Source: Chiloscyllium plagiosum (Eukaryota). Taken from it: a stretch of DNA of 64,000 nucleotides. This document shows positions 24,370 through 35,708 of this stretch, one piece after another. Under the pieces are notes generated by a model. The model did not search any database and had not been told where the DNA came from. It worked only from the letters and a program-made list of their open reading frames with translations. Location: the NCBI RefSeq assembly GCF_004010195.1, contig NC_057749.1, positions 24,418,334 through 24,482,333 of the forward strand, read 5' to 3'. Position 1 is the first letter of the stretch; each line of letters begins with the position of its first letter. A program made the position numbers and the translations under genes.

Positions 24370-25750
24370 TATATACCAAGGTCTAGATCACTAACATAAA
24401 CTGGGAAATGCAAGAGTCCCAACACTGACCCCTGAGGAACTACAAACCCACTACAAAGCATCCTGTAGCATGGAAAACATCGATCAACTATTACTCCCTA
24501 TTGCTATTAGTCAGCTAATTTTGTATCCATGTTGCAACTGTCCATTTTATTCAATGAGCTATAATTTTGCACAAAATCTTTTATGCAGCTCTTTGTAAAG
24601 TGTCTTCTGGAAATCTATGTATCCCATATCAGCAGCACTGCCCTGATCAACCTTCTATATCTCTCTTCAGACGAGCTTAATAGTGTGTTAAACATAATTT
24701 TCCTTTCATCCTGGCTCTCCTTAACCTCAATTTGCCCAAATGAATGAATACTTTTGTTTTGAATTATTGTTTCTGGAAATGTACCAATTACTAAAGTTAA
24801 ACTGATTGATCGGTAGTTGTTTCATTTATCCTTGCACCATTTTTTGAACAAGGGGATAATGCTTACAGTTCTCCAGTCCTCTGGGGCAATCTGTGAGGTT
24901 GAGGAAGACTGAAAAATGATTGTCGCGCTTCTGCTTTTTCCATTCTCACTTCCCTTAGTAACTTTGGATGCACTCACCATCCTGACTTGGAAACATGTCC
25001 CAGTGACACCAAAGGAACAGTGACGAGCTCATAGAATTCCCTCCTTAACAGCATCATGAGTATACCTCCAGCACAAATTGCAGTGATTCAGGAGGGCTGC
25101 TCAGCATCTTCTCAAAGGCAATGATAGATGGTCAATAAATGCTAGCCCAGCCAGTGACATTCACGTCCCACAAGTGAACATATTAAAGCAAAAACTCATC
25201 TGTCCCAGTGCTTTGTCAGCTTTAAGTGCAGGCAGCCTTTCCAAAAATCACCAAAGTCTCAATTTTAAACTCTTTCAGTGACTGAATTTCCTCTTGTTTC
25301 AGTGTGCTCTGTTAGCACCATTATCCTTGATAATAACAGATGTTAACTATTTTAAGGTAATCAGGCAGAGGCAGCATGGTTTTTTCATAGAGAAATCATA
25401 GTTAACTAATTTATTGGAGTTATTGAAGAAGTAACTTGTGCTATAGGTAAAGGTAACCAGTGTATGTATTGTGTTTGGTTTCTCAGGCATTTAGTAAGGT
25501 GCCATATCAAAGGTTATTACGGAAAATAGAAGCTTAGGCTGTAAGACGTAATATACTGGCACAGATAGAAGATTGGCTAACAGGAAGCAGAGAGTAGGAA
25601 TAAATGGCCTTTTTTAGGTGGGCATGATTGATATAAAACTGGAGCTGGTGGGGGGCCTCAAATCTTTGCAGTTTATATAAATGATTTCAATGGCAGCTAA
25701 ATTTGCTGATGGCAAAGATAGCTAGGAAAGTGAGTTGTGAAGAGGACGTG
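24370..25750. mobile_element. Cluster of old CR1 (-), L2-like tail (+, ~24990-25180) and CR1 RT (+) fragments
   Basis: Degenerate RT motifs (cagcatggtttt, gctaaatttgctgatggcaaag) and an L2 tail (caataaatgctagcccagccagtgac). Confidence 0.55.
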
Positions 25751-25754
25751 AGCT

Positions 25755-26115
25755 TAGGCTGAGGGTGACCTTAGAGAGGTTTATAAAATCAGGACAGACA
25801 TGAATGGGGTAAATGGACAGGGTCTTTTCCCTGGGGTGGGGGAGTCCAAAACTAGAGGGTGTAGGTTTAAGGTGAGAGGGCAAAGATTTAAAAAGGACCT
25901 GAGAGCCAACTTTTTCACTCAAGAGGGTGGTGTGTGTCGAGAAAGAGCTGCCAGAGGACGTGATGGAGGCTGGTACAAATACAACATTTAAAAGGCATCT
26001 GGATTGGTATATGAATAGGAAGGGTTTAGAGGGATATGGACCACATGCTGGCAAATGGGACTAGATTAATTTAGGATATCTGGTCAGCATGGATGAGTTG
26101 GACCGAAGGGTCTCT
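25755..26115 (+). mobile_element. HER1/CR1 LINE 3' fragment
   Basis: aggctgagggtgacctt...ggaccgaagggtct tail. Confidence 0.85.
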
Positions 26116-26249
26116 ATCATTCTGAGAGTGTGACACTATCTTGTTGCTTGACTTGTGTTTTCCAGATGTTAGCAGGGTTGACTGAGTAGTGTACAAATTT
26201 GTTGCATCTGGTGCCTTGACCAATGCCAGGTGTTTAATACTGTTTTATT

Positions 26250-26620
26250 TTTAGACTCATTTCTGTTCTAACTTGATACAACTGAGTGGGTTGCTCAACC
26301 AGTTGAATGAGCTGTTAAGAGTCGATCACATTTCTGTAGATTTGGCATCCTGTATAGGACAGATTAGGTAAAATGGCAGATTACCGAGTCATAGAGATGT
26401 ACAGCATGGAAACAGACCCTTCGGTCCAACTCATTACTTTTCCTAAAAGATAATTGGGCATCCTTATATACTTTTATGCTGATCCTGATAATTTTGTAGT
26501 CATCATAAGTGAGACTGCGGTTTATTCCAGTGTTATTTAAATTGCCTTGGTATCATGGCGGCCTTGGAACTCTTGATTCATGATCATTAGTTCTGGCCTC
26601 TGGTGTAGTCCATTAACGCA
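26250..26620 (-). mobile_element. Old Deu-domain SINE interrupted by a 48 bp HER1 tail (26385-26432)
   Basis: Deu-like core split by gagtcatagagatgtacagcatggaaacagacccttcggtccaactc, flanked by attac duplication. Confidence 0.55.
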
Positions 26621-27541
26621 ATCAGTCCCATAATTGGAGTTTTGATCAACCTGTATGTTCACACAATGCTTATAAATATTGACACTGGAATGTTGTACAA
26701 AGTGGGCATATCAGTAGTAATCAGCTCACTAATTGAGCAAACGTTTCCAGCGTTCTGAATGACTAAACTGGGTTGTATCTATCTTCAGCTGTAATCAACA
26801 CTTCATTATTATTGGAATTTCTAGTTAGTGGTTGTAGGACCAGTTTGAGACAATCAAATGAAATTATTAGCGATGGCATATGAGACATGTATGGTGCCAA
26901 TGTGAAAAATTGGACTGAAAAGTAAAGAATCCGAACAACCTAACAGTTACATTAGAGCCTTGACCATCTCTCTTGTTTGAAAAAGATTCAGTGGCGGATG
27001 AGGAATGCCTGGGGGGATGCTTTATTGACCATTGGGCTCTCAGTTGCACAGCGAATTTTGCTGTGGCACTCCCTACCCTGCTGCTGTCAACTAAATGAAC
27101 CAATTCATTAATGCCTCGCCCAGCTCCAGCCTCTAGACCCACCATTGACCCAAAATCACCTGCAAATGTTCCCCTGACATTACCCAAGCCCCTTCCCACC
27201 TCACTGGCTGCCAGAGTTCAGAGCTGGGTGTGCAGTTATCTGTAATAATGCTGCTGGCAGACGCAAGCTGAAATCAGTGCTTCAGGCAGCTGCTTCTTCA
27301 AACATGCTACTGTGACACTGTAACTCCAACTAAATGCAAAGTGGGGTCCCAGAGTCCGAAACAGGTAAGAGAGCTCCCAGATTGGCTTCAGTTGCTTTAA
27401 CTGAGAATCCTGACTTCCTCGCTGCATTCCTAATAGTAACTGCATAATAAACCACCTGTTGGAATCATAAGAAATTGAAGTTCCATTGTTTCTATAATTG
27501 TTAATAACTCTACTCTTATTTTATCTACTTTCTCTTTTAAG

Positions 27542-27602
27542 GGACACAGCAGGTCAAGAAAGATTCCGTACAATCACAACAGCATATTACAGAGGAGCTA
27601 TG
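27542..27602 (+). CDS. RAB8B: RAB8B exon 3 (61 bp): (W)[20 protein letters not shown]
   Basis: Acceptor tctcttttaag|, donor |gtaagc. Contains the G3 box DTAGQ and switch II; phase 2 joins exon 2 to give TG|G = Trp. Confidence 0.97.
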
Positions 27603-27823
27603 GTAAGCATATATACCCTGATCCTATAAGGCCGACTCTGAGTTAAAGCTTTTCGTCACCTGTTTGAATTGATCCTCATGTGCCTCAGTGTTGTACTTAG
27701 TTTTGTAACATCTTACTCTATTGAAAACACTGTTGGAATACCATACTTTGATTTAGATGGAAGAAACAAGGTGGAAATGTACCCCGTATAATCTGAGCCA
27801 TTTGGTTTATCATGTGTTTCCAG

Positions 27824-27901
27824 GGAATAATGTTGGTGTATGACATCACAAATGAAAAGTCATTTGACAACATAAAGAACTGGATAAGGAACATTGAAGA
27901 G
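27824..27901 (+). CDS. RAB8B: RAB8B exon 4 (78 bp): [26 protein letters not shown]
   Basis: Acceptor gtttccag|, donor |gtgagg. NIKNW is the RAB8B-type residue pattern. Confidence 0.97.
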
Positions 27902-28580
27902 GTGAGGTTGCCTTGTTGAAGACATTAAGATTTGTCTGCATCAACCAGCTCATGCACACTGTTGGTTTCCACAGGTCAATTAATACTGTGATAACATGTT
28001 ATAATTTGCAGCCGTTGATTCATTTTTAATGGGTACTGTTGATGAATTGGGCAACATTCATTTGAGGGAAATGGACTGATGAGCATCATGAGGACTATTA
28101 GGTATTAATTCCTAGGCATTAATTGAACGTCATGCAAGGTGCACAATATCAGATCTTTCATGTAAACACATTGTTTCAGTTTGAGATTCAATGGCCTAAA
28201 ATGGACAAGCAAAGTTTTCACTTTCTTGCATTATAGGGGCACATGTAAAAATTTCCTTTTGAGTTTGTAGTGCTAAAGTGCAGAGTGGCAGGGGCTTTAT
28301 TTAATCTTTGGTCATAGGTTTTAAGGGGAAATAAATTAAGTTGCGCAATATTGCCTCCAAAACACTGGTTTAAAAACCCCATTAATCCATGTAATACATA
28401 CTGGTCAAGATACTCTAAAGCCACCATGTGGTTAAACTTGAGTTTCTGTCAATTTTATTGATGCTAGGTCAAAGGTCGTTTTACTAGGTCGGTAAGCTAC
28501 ATGTTTGTGCCTGCTTTGTGGCACAAGCCAATTCAGAGTATGTACAGGAACTTTCAGACACAAATCTGTAATGTTCCATT

Positions 28581-28920
28581 GCAGTGGTTAGCACTGCTGC
28601 CTCAGCGCCAGGAACTTCGGTTCAATTCCTACCTCGGGTGACTGTCAGATTGGAGTTTGCACATTCTCCCTGGGCCTCTGAGTTTCCTCTGGGTGCTCAG
28701 TTTCCTCCCACAACCTAAAGATGTACAGGTTAGGTGGATTGGCTGTGCTAAACTGTCCATAGTGTCCAGGGATGTGCAGGTTAAGTGGATTAGCCATGGG
28801 ATCTGCAGAATTGACAGGGATAGGGTAGGTTGGTGGGTCTGGGTGAGGTGGATGGAGGGACAGTGTGGACTTTGAGCTGACTGGCTTGCTTCCACACTGT
28901 GGGGATTCAATGATTCTATA
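28581..28920 (+). mobile_element. HE1-type V-SINE (RAB8B intron 4)
   Basis: cagtggttagcactgctgcctc head, V-domain and tail. Confidence 0.88.
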
Positions 28921-29419
28921 ACCATAGAATTTGATTTATTCAATTGTGTCCCTGGTTAGAATACTAGAGGCTTAAATTGGATGCTGGTGAGAACTGCTTT
29001 GATTCACTTTGAACCTTAGTTTGAGCACAAAAATGCATTTCTGTATAAACAAATTGTGATCTGGTAATCATCATTTTTCTTGACCTCACGTTTTGAACTA
29101 ACATTTCTCTTGTAGGAATAGTTCGTTTAGCATTTTCATCTTATTGTCTTTCTTTACATATCCTCAAATTTTAGGACAGTGAGCTATTTTTAAATGATAT
29201 TTTAATTTAAATGGATGCATCACATATTAAAATCCACTTGTTGGAGAAGGGGTGGTTCAAATGCTGCTGCCCAAGTTGCCTTCTCCTACTACTTTTGTGT
29301 ATTGATTGCTTATTTGCAACCGTGAACCATTTTAGGTATATTGATGGCCTTGCATTGCTCAGCCTTCTGTACTCATAAGGGGGGAAGAAAAAGGAATAGT
29401 ACACCACTGAGTATTTTGA

Positions 29420-29642
29420 AGTTGGAAATGCTCAATAGGTCTGGCAGCATCAAAGAAGAGAAATCAAAGTTGATGTTTCTGGTCTGGTGACCCTTCCCAA
29501 GACCCTTTCCTGAGGAAGGATAACCGCACCCAAAACACTAACTTTGATTTCTCTCCACAGGTGCTGTGAGACCTGCTGAGTTTTTCCAGCAACTTTTGTT
29601 TTTTTTTCTGATTTACAGCATCCGCAGTTCTTTCGGTTTTTA
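29420..29642. mobile_element. Fold-back PLE pLTR insertion, family B
   Basis: ggtctggcagcatc...gagaaatcaaagtt / aactttgatttctctccacag..gctg..agacctgctgag inverted arms. Confidence 0.65.
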
Positions 29643-30824
29643 TTGAATCTTTTGAACCTGTTTCTCAATCACTTCAGTTCATTTTCTTCAGCTTACAAAT
29701 TTAGATCCTATTTACATAAAGCATCATGCATTCCTGTTTTCCCAACATTTTTGATCTGAATTTGGTAGGAGTGTGAACTAAAGATCCAGTGGCTAGAGGG
29801 AAGGAATCCAAGGGCATTGTTGAGTATCTCACTGAAGCTAGCAGAAATTGTATTCCATACTGTGATGATACAGACTAGATCTTAGGACTTCTGCCAAGGT
29901 GCAGGTTTCTGCAAGCTACAGAATGGCCACAGTTGGAATACAGTATGCAATTCTGGCCAGTGTAGTAAACAAAGAATTGAAGGGAAGTTCAGAAATAAAC
30001 ACTGAAACAGATCCCCAGGTAATGGAGTATTGAAGAGCTTGTGATAGATTGCTGAAAAGTCATTTCTTTGCCAGAGTAAGCAAGCACAATATTCAAAATG
30101 CTAAAGTGAATAAATTGAATTTTTAGCTAGCATTGGAATACTCCTGACTGGCTTGCTATGTTTTGGTTTCTTCTCTAACCTGTAAAATTCAAAGTTTAAT
30201 AGGAAATGTATCCCTCATAGTTAACATTTCTGCTACCTAATCAAGCCACAAATTTCATAAATGAACGTCCTTTAATGTTACACATTGATGGAGGTTTATA
30301 GTTTCGGTAACCAGTTTTTGAGTTTGTGATGGCATGTGCTGCAGTATGGACAGTGATTCCTGGTTAAGTTTGCTACTAAGCAATTGTCCAGTTTAAGGTT
30401 AACTTTTTTTATTTAATACTCGAACTTAGTGATATTGAGAAAATAATGCCATTAAACCTTTTAGATAAAAAAAAATTAAAAACACTGCATTATTCACTGG
30501 AGAAAGCAAGAATGATTTTTTTGTCACCGCCTTGGTGTTAGAACAGTCTGTACATCGATGAAACATAGTTCTGATAGTTCAAGCCATTTTCTCATTTGCT
30601 TTGGGTTTTGTACAAGAAACGCAGCAGATATCAACTGAGACGGGATGTGAACTCTGCTGTTTTGAAACTGCATGTGTATTCTGAAATAGAAAGTTGTGAT
30701 GTGAATTACCAAATGTAGCCTCTTTATATACTTGGTTGGAATTCCTACAGATGAGAGGATTTTAAAGTTGATCTAGATGAATTTTAACTTCAGATTTAAA
30801 AGCGATCTCTTTATACCTCCTCAG

Positions 30825-30914
30825 CATGCATCTTCAGATGTGGAAAGGATGATCCTGGGCAACAAGTGTGATATGAATGAGAAGCGACAGGTGTCAAAAG
30901 AGCGAGGAGAGAAG
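30825..30914 (+). CDS. RAB8B: RAB8B exon 5 (90 bp): [30 protein letters not shown]
   Basis: Acceptor cctcctcag|, donor |gtaagg. G4 box [13 protein letters not shown] is RAB8B-type. Confidence 0.97.
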
Positions 30915-31038
30915 GTAAGGCTGTCAGAAATTTCTGGAAGAAATTGGTCAACCAATTTAACGGCTGAGTACTATGGCTCGAGTGTAAATTACCCTTATTT
31001 CAATTTGAAGTTTATAATCCTTATCATTGTTTTTCCAG

Positions 31039-31104
31039 TTAGCAATAGATTATGGGATTAAATTCCTGGAGACCAGTGCGAAATCCAGCATAAATGTTGA
31101 AGAG
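31039..31104 (+). CDS. RAB8B: RAB8B exon 6 (66 bp): [22 protein letters not shown]
   Basis: Acceptor ttttccag|, donor |gtaaga. G5 box ETSAK. Confidence 0.97.
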
Positions 31105-31957
31105 GTAAGAAGTCTGAAAATGTTAGCGTGCTAATCTCACTGACAAATTTACACACTCAGAACTTGTTTCCCATCCTTGATTGTGCTGGAGAAGATAATA
31201 ATGAGCTGCCTCTTGAACCTCTGCAGTCCAGCATTATGTCTGTAAGTGCTGTTAGGAACAATTCCAGGATTTTGACTACTGGCAGTGGAGGCACAGCAAT
31301 ATATTTCCAAGTCAGGATGGTTTGAGAGGTTTTATCTTCTCAAAATCTGACCACCTAACCTCCCCCTTCTCCACTTGTGATCACTACCTATCAACCTTAG
31401 GCTTGGTTGCCACATCTTCCTATGTCTTTTCCAATGGATGCGGACTCTCTTCTTTTCTCAAGGGCGAGTTGGAGATGGGCAGTACGTTTGTCAGTGATAC
31501 AAAGAACGAAAAATAAAACTTCATTATCTCCTTCATGTCTCCATCTGCCACTGCTTATTCAACTTTAAAATCTGAATAAACAGAAACTTTCTCCAGATCA
31601 TTGCTGACATGGAAGCTGCTCTCCTTGATCTCAGTTTGCTGGCTGCCTCCCTCAACTGTCTTATTCCCTTGCTCCCACCTTAACCTCAGACCACAGCTCT
31701 GGATTCTTTCCAGTCATTTCCTGACCCACATTAGATATAGCATGTAGTCCCATCTCCTCTGCTGCTGCATATCTTGCATTTATGCCTTTCTTTTAACCTC
31801 CTCTGAGCACCACAACACTGCCCTCCCCACTCCACTCCACCTCTCACAAAGAAAACTATTTACTCAGCTCTCTGTGATTTGTCCCATTTATTGAAGATCT
31901 CTCTACCTAATTCTGCCTTTTCCCACTTCTCAGCAGATTATTTTTCCCAGTTTTCAA

Positions 31958-32556
31958 CTAAATTAGATTAGATTCCCTACCCTTCTGCCCAACAAGTCCA
32001 CACTGACCCTCCGAAGAGTAACCCACCCAGACCCATTCTCCTACATTTACCCCGACTAATGCACCTAACACGATGGGCAACTTAGCGTGGTCAACCCACC
32101 TAACCTGCACATCTTTGGATTGTGGGAGGAAACCGGAGCACCCGGAGGAAACCCACGCAGACACGGGGAGAATGTGGCAGCACGGTGGTTAGCACTGCTG
32201 CCTCAGCACCAGAGACCCGGGTTCAATTCCTGCGTCGGGCAACTGTCTGTGTGGGTTTCCTCCGGGTGCTCCGGTTTCCTCCCACAGTCCAAAGATGTGC
32301 AGGTCAGGTGAATTGGCCATGCTAAATTGCCCGTAGTGTTAGGTGTAGGGGAATGGGTCTGGGTGGGTTGCTCTTCGGAGGGTCAGTGTGGACTTGTTGG
32401 GCTGAAGGGCCTGTTTCCACATTGTAAGTAATCTAGTAATCTAATCTAATCTAATAATGTGCAAACTCCACGCAGACAGTCGTCCGTGGTTGGAATCGAA
32501 CTCTGGTTGCTGGCGCTGTGAGGCAGCAGTTCTAACCATTGTGCCACCATGCTGCC
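31958..32556 (-). mobile_element. HE1 SINE (-) interrupted by a second HE1 SINE (+, 32177-32455)
   Basis: Host sequence breaks at ggggag-aatgtg and resumes aatgtg-caaactcc; TSD aatgtg at 32171-32176 and 32456-32461. Confidence 0.9.
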
Positions 32557-33054
32557 CTGAACCTCCCGTAGACTACTGATCAAGTATATTTCATCTCACA
32601 GGTTCAGCACTGGGAAAAGTGGAAGTGGGAGCAAAAGATTTAGAAGAGGCAAAGTGGTCAAAGATGTCAAACCCAACAGTAAAGTTGAGTTGGGATGGTG
32701 CCCTTGCCTAAGCTGAAACCATGTTCCCACCTCCAGCAGTGACCTATTCTGTTCCAGTATCCTGTCCCTCTGCAATTTCCCTCGTTTGCTCCTCATTGCC
32801 CATCTGACTGCCAGGCTTTGTATCTGCTCTGCCTTAAAACCGCCTCCAAGAATTCTTCCTAACAAAGTAAATGTGTTAACCATTTAATTCTGTTCACAAG
32901 TTTCGTGTTTCTTAATGTTGTACTAACTGTAGAGTTAGGTGATTAAGTGGTCATATCCACAAATAGGGTAAACTTTAGTGTATCAGTTACTCCTTACAAT
33001 ATTAAACACAGTATTTGCCAAAGCTAAAGATGTAACATTCTCCCAGTTCAGTTT

Positions 33055-33248
33055 TAACCACAGAATAATGGTACCTAAATAGAATGAGCTGCCAAAAGGA
33101 GTGGTTGAGGTGGGTACATTAACAACATTTAAAAGGCATGGATAGGAAAGGTTTAGAAGGGCAAATGGAGTTAATATGGATGGCGTTTTGGTCGGCATGG
33201 ACCAGTTTGGGCCAAAGGGCCTGTCTCTGCTGTCGGACTCTATGACAC
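33055..33248 (+). mobile_element. CR1 3' tail fragment
   Basis: gaatgagctgcca...aacatttaaaaggcat...gggccaaagggcctg. Confidence 0.75.
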
Positions 33249-33963
33249 TAATAAGTGACTTCTACTTTGCAGGAGCCAGCCAATTGCATTGATTTTAACG
33301 GAGGTGTAGATTCTAACTACTGCTCTTAGTTATGTTTAAACTTTAAAACAAAAAACTACAATCAGAGGATTTAATGATCTACTGAAATTAAAAGTGCATC
33401 TATGGAACTCTCTCAATCTTACTCTAAAATTACAAATCTTGAGGTAGACTTGAGTTATTTCAATTGGTAACATCAAAAGTGGAATTCTAGAAAAACTATG
33501 ATTAGTATTTCCAAGATCATAGTCTCTTTCAACTATGAGACATGAATTACAAATGGCAATAGTTCCAGATGTGCCTGCAAATTGTTAGCATGTTCTAAAC
33601 ACTTCAGTCTTCCAGTCTTGAAACTTCTTATTGGTAGAAGGAAGAAACTCAGCTGGTAAGCTGCTGTTATTGGTGTGAGGACCAGCTTGTTGGCAGCAGC
33701 CTGAGGGAGCTTAACATTCCTCTCAGGTTATCATGGGTAGGTGTGAACATAGGACTGTGGCTGCAGTCAGATCAGACATTACCGCATAAATGAGCAAGCA
33801 GAAAGGCCCACTCCTCCTAATTCCTGTGTTTCTACATCGATTCGAACACTTGTATGAAATCACGGACTAAACTGGAACGATCAATTTTGTCATTTCCTGA
33901 ATGACAGGTATATTGAAAAACAGTTACCCATGTGTCAATGATTTCTTCATCTTTACCTTGCAG

Positions 33964-34014
33964 GCGTTTATTACACTTGCACGAGATATCATGACGAAAC
34001 TCAACAGGAAAATG
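33964..34014 (+). CDS. RAB8B: RAB8B exon 7 (51 bp): AFITLARDIMTKLNRKM
   Basis: Acceptor ctttaccttgcag|, donor |gtatgt. Helix 5, closely matching RAB8B. Confidence 0.96.
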
Positions 34015-35355
34015 GTATGTGGATATTTTCAAAACAGTAGGGTTCTGTTTTTGAATTAGGCATCCAGATGCAGTTTTAAATGCTCCGAATTGCCTGTGCT
34101 CATGTTGAGTGCTTATAAATATTAAGGATCTGACATTTCACTCGCACTTCACAGCACACTTTTGTGGTTGCTCTCTCACCACCACTTTTCCTAAATGTGC
34201 TGCATGTCTTCACATTTGGGAATGTCTCCAGACTTTTCTCTGGGTTCCTTCAGAGCTGGAAAGTGAGTAGTGGCTGGTGTTTCTGTAAGTCCCATTTTCA
34301 GTTCTACAATGTGACAAACATGGGCGGTGACTGAGTCTTCTCGGGTGTATACTTAGTGTCCCATGATGAACTTCCAAACCATCAGCAATACCCTTTCTGT
34401 GCAAGTGCTAATTTTTTTGGTTTTCTCTTTTTATTTTTGTTAATTTTTGTTGAGCTGCTTAATTTTCCATTGTCATGATATCTTCGATGAGAGCAATGAA
34501 TGAATTTACTGAGACCTGATTATTCATTGGCTTCAATTTGCTCCGCCAAAATTGGAAGTATAGTGGACAGTGAAGAAGGTTCCCTCAGATTACAACAGGA
34601 TCTAGACCAGATGGGCCAATGGGCTGAGGAGTGGCACATGGAGTTTAATTTAGCTAAATGTGAGGTGCTGCATTTTGGGAAAGCAAATCTTAGCAGGACT
34701 TATGCACTTAATGATAAGGGGTCGTCAGAAGTGTTGCTGAACAAAAAGACCTTGGAGTGCAGGTTCATAGCTCCTTGAAAGTAGAGTCACAGGTAGATAG
34801 GGTAGTGAAGATGATGTTTGGTATGCCTTCTTTTATTGGTCAGAGTATTGAGTACGGGAGTTGGGAGGTCGTGTTATGGCTATACAGGCCATTGGTTAGG
34901 CCACTTTTGGAATATTGCGTGCAATTCTGGTCTCCCTCCAATTGGAAACTTGAAAGGGTTCAGAAAAGGTTGGAGGATTTGAGCTACAGAGAGAGGTTGA
35001 ACAGGCCCAGGCTGTTTTCCCTGGAGAGTTAGAGGCTGAGGGGTGACCATACAGAGGTTTATAAAATTACAAGGAGCATGGATAGGATGAATAGACAAAG
35101 TCTTTTCCCTGCGATGGAAAGTCCAGAACTAGAGGGCATATAGAACATAGAACACTACAGTACAGAACAGGCCCTTCGGCCCTCGATGTTGCACTGACCT
35201 GTGAACTCATCTAAGCTCATCCTCCTACACTATCCCATCATCATCCATGTGTTTATCCAAGGAATGTTTAATGCCCCTAATGTGGCTGTGTTAACTACGT
35301 TGGCAGGCAGGGCATTCCACGCCCTTACCACTCTGAGTAAAGAATCTGCCTCTGA

Positions 35356-35676
35356 CTTTTTTTTTAGATTACATTACAGTATGGAAACAGGCCCTTCGGC
35401 CCAACAAGTCCACACCGACCCGCCGAAGCGCAACCCACCCATACCCCTACATTTACGCCTATATCTAACACTAGGGGCAATTTAGCATGGCCAATTCACC
35501 TGACCTGCACATCTTTGGACTGTGGGAGGAAACCGGAGCACCCGGAGGAAACCCACGCAGAGACACGGGGAGAACGTGCAAACTCCACACAGTCAGTCGC
35601 CTGAGTCGGGAATTGAACCCGGGTCTCTGGCGCTGCGAGGCAGCAGTGCTAACCACTGTGCCACCGTGCCGCCCAC
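35356..35676 (-). mobile_element. Young full-length HE1 V-SINE nested in the inner CR1
   Basis: CpG-rich head ggcggcacggtggcacagtggttagc, A/B boxes, V-domain and A-rich tail. Confidence 0.92.
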
Positions 35677-35684
35677 AAAAATAC

Positions 35685-35708
35685 TTCCCTGACCGGGAAA
35701 CGAACCCG
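35685..35708 (-). pseudogene. 3' fragment of tRNA-Glu (T-arm and acceptor stem) fused to the SINE 5' end
   Basis: Minus strand CGGGTTCGTTTCCCGGTCAGGGAA versus the vertebrate tRNA-Glu(CTC) 3' end CGGGTTCGATTCCCGGTCAGGGAA (one mismatch, from recall); followed by GTATTTTT and no CCA. Confidence 0.75.

Noticed and set aside
30777..31061. 94 aa ORF as a standalone gene
   Set aside because: It is exon 5 read through flanking intron sequence; the 124 bp intron 5 has canonical splice sites.
35590..35676. tRNA genes at SINE heads
   Set aside because: The A/B boxes belong to tRNA-derived SINE heads that continue directly into the V-domain; no complete cloverleaf.
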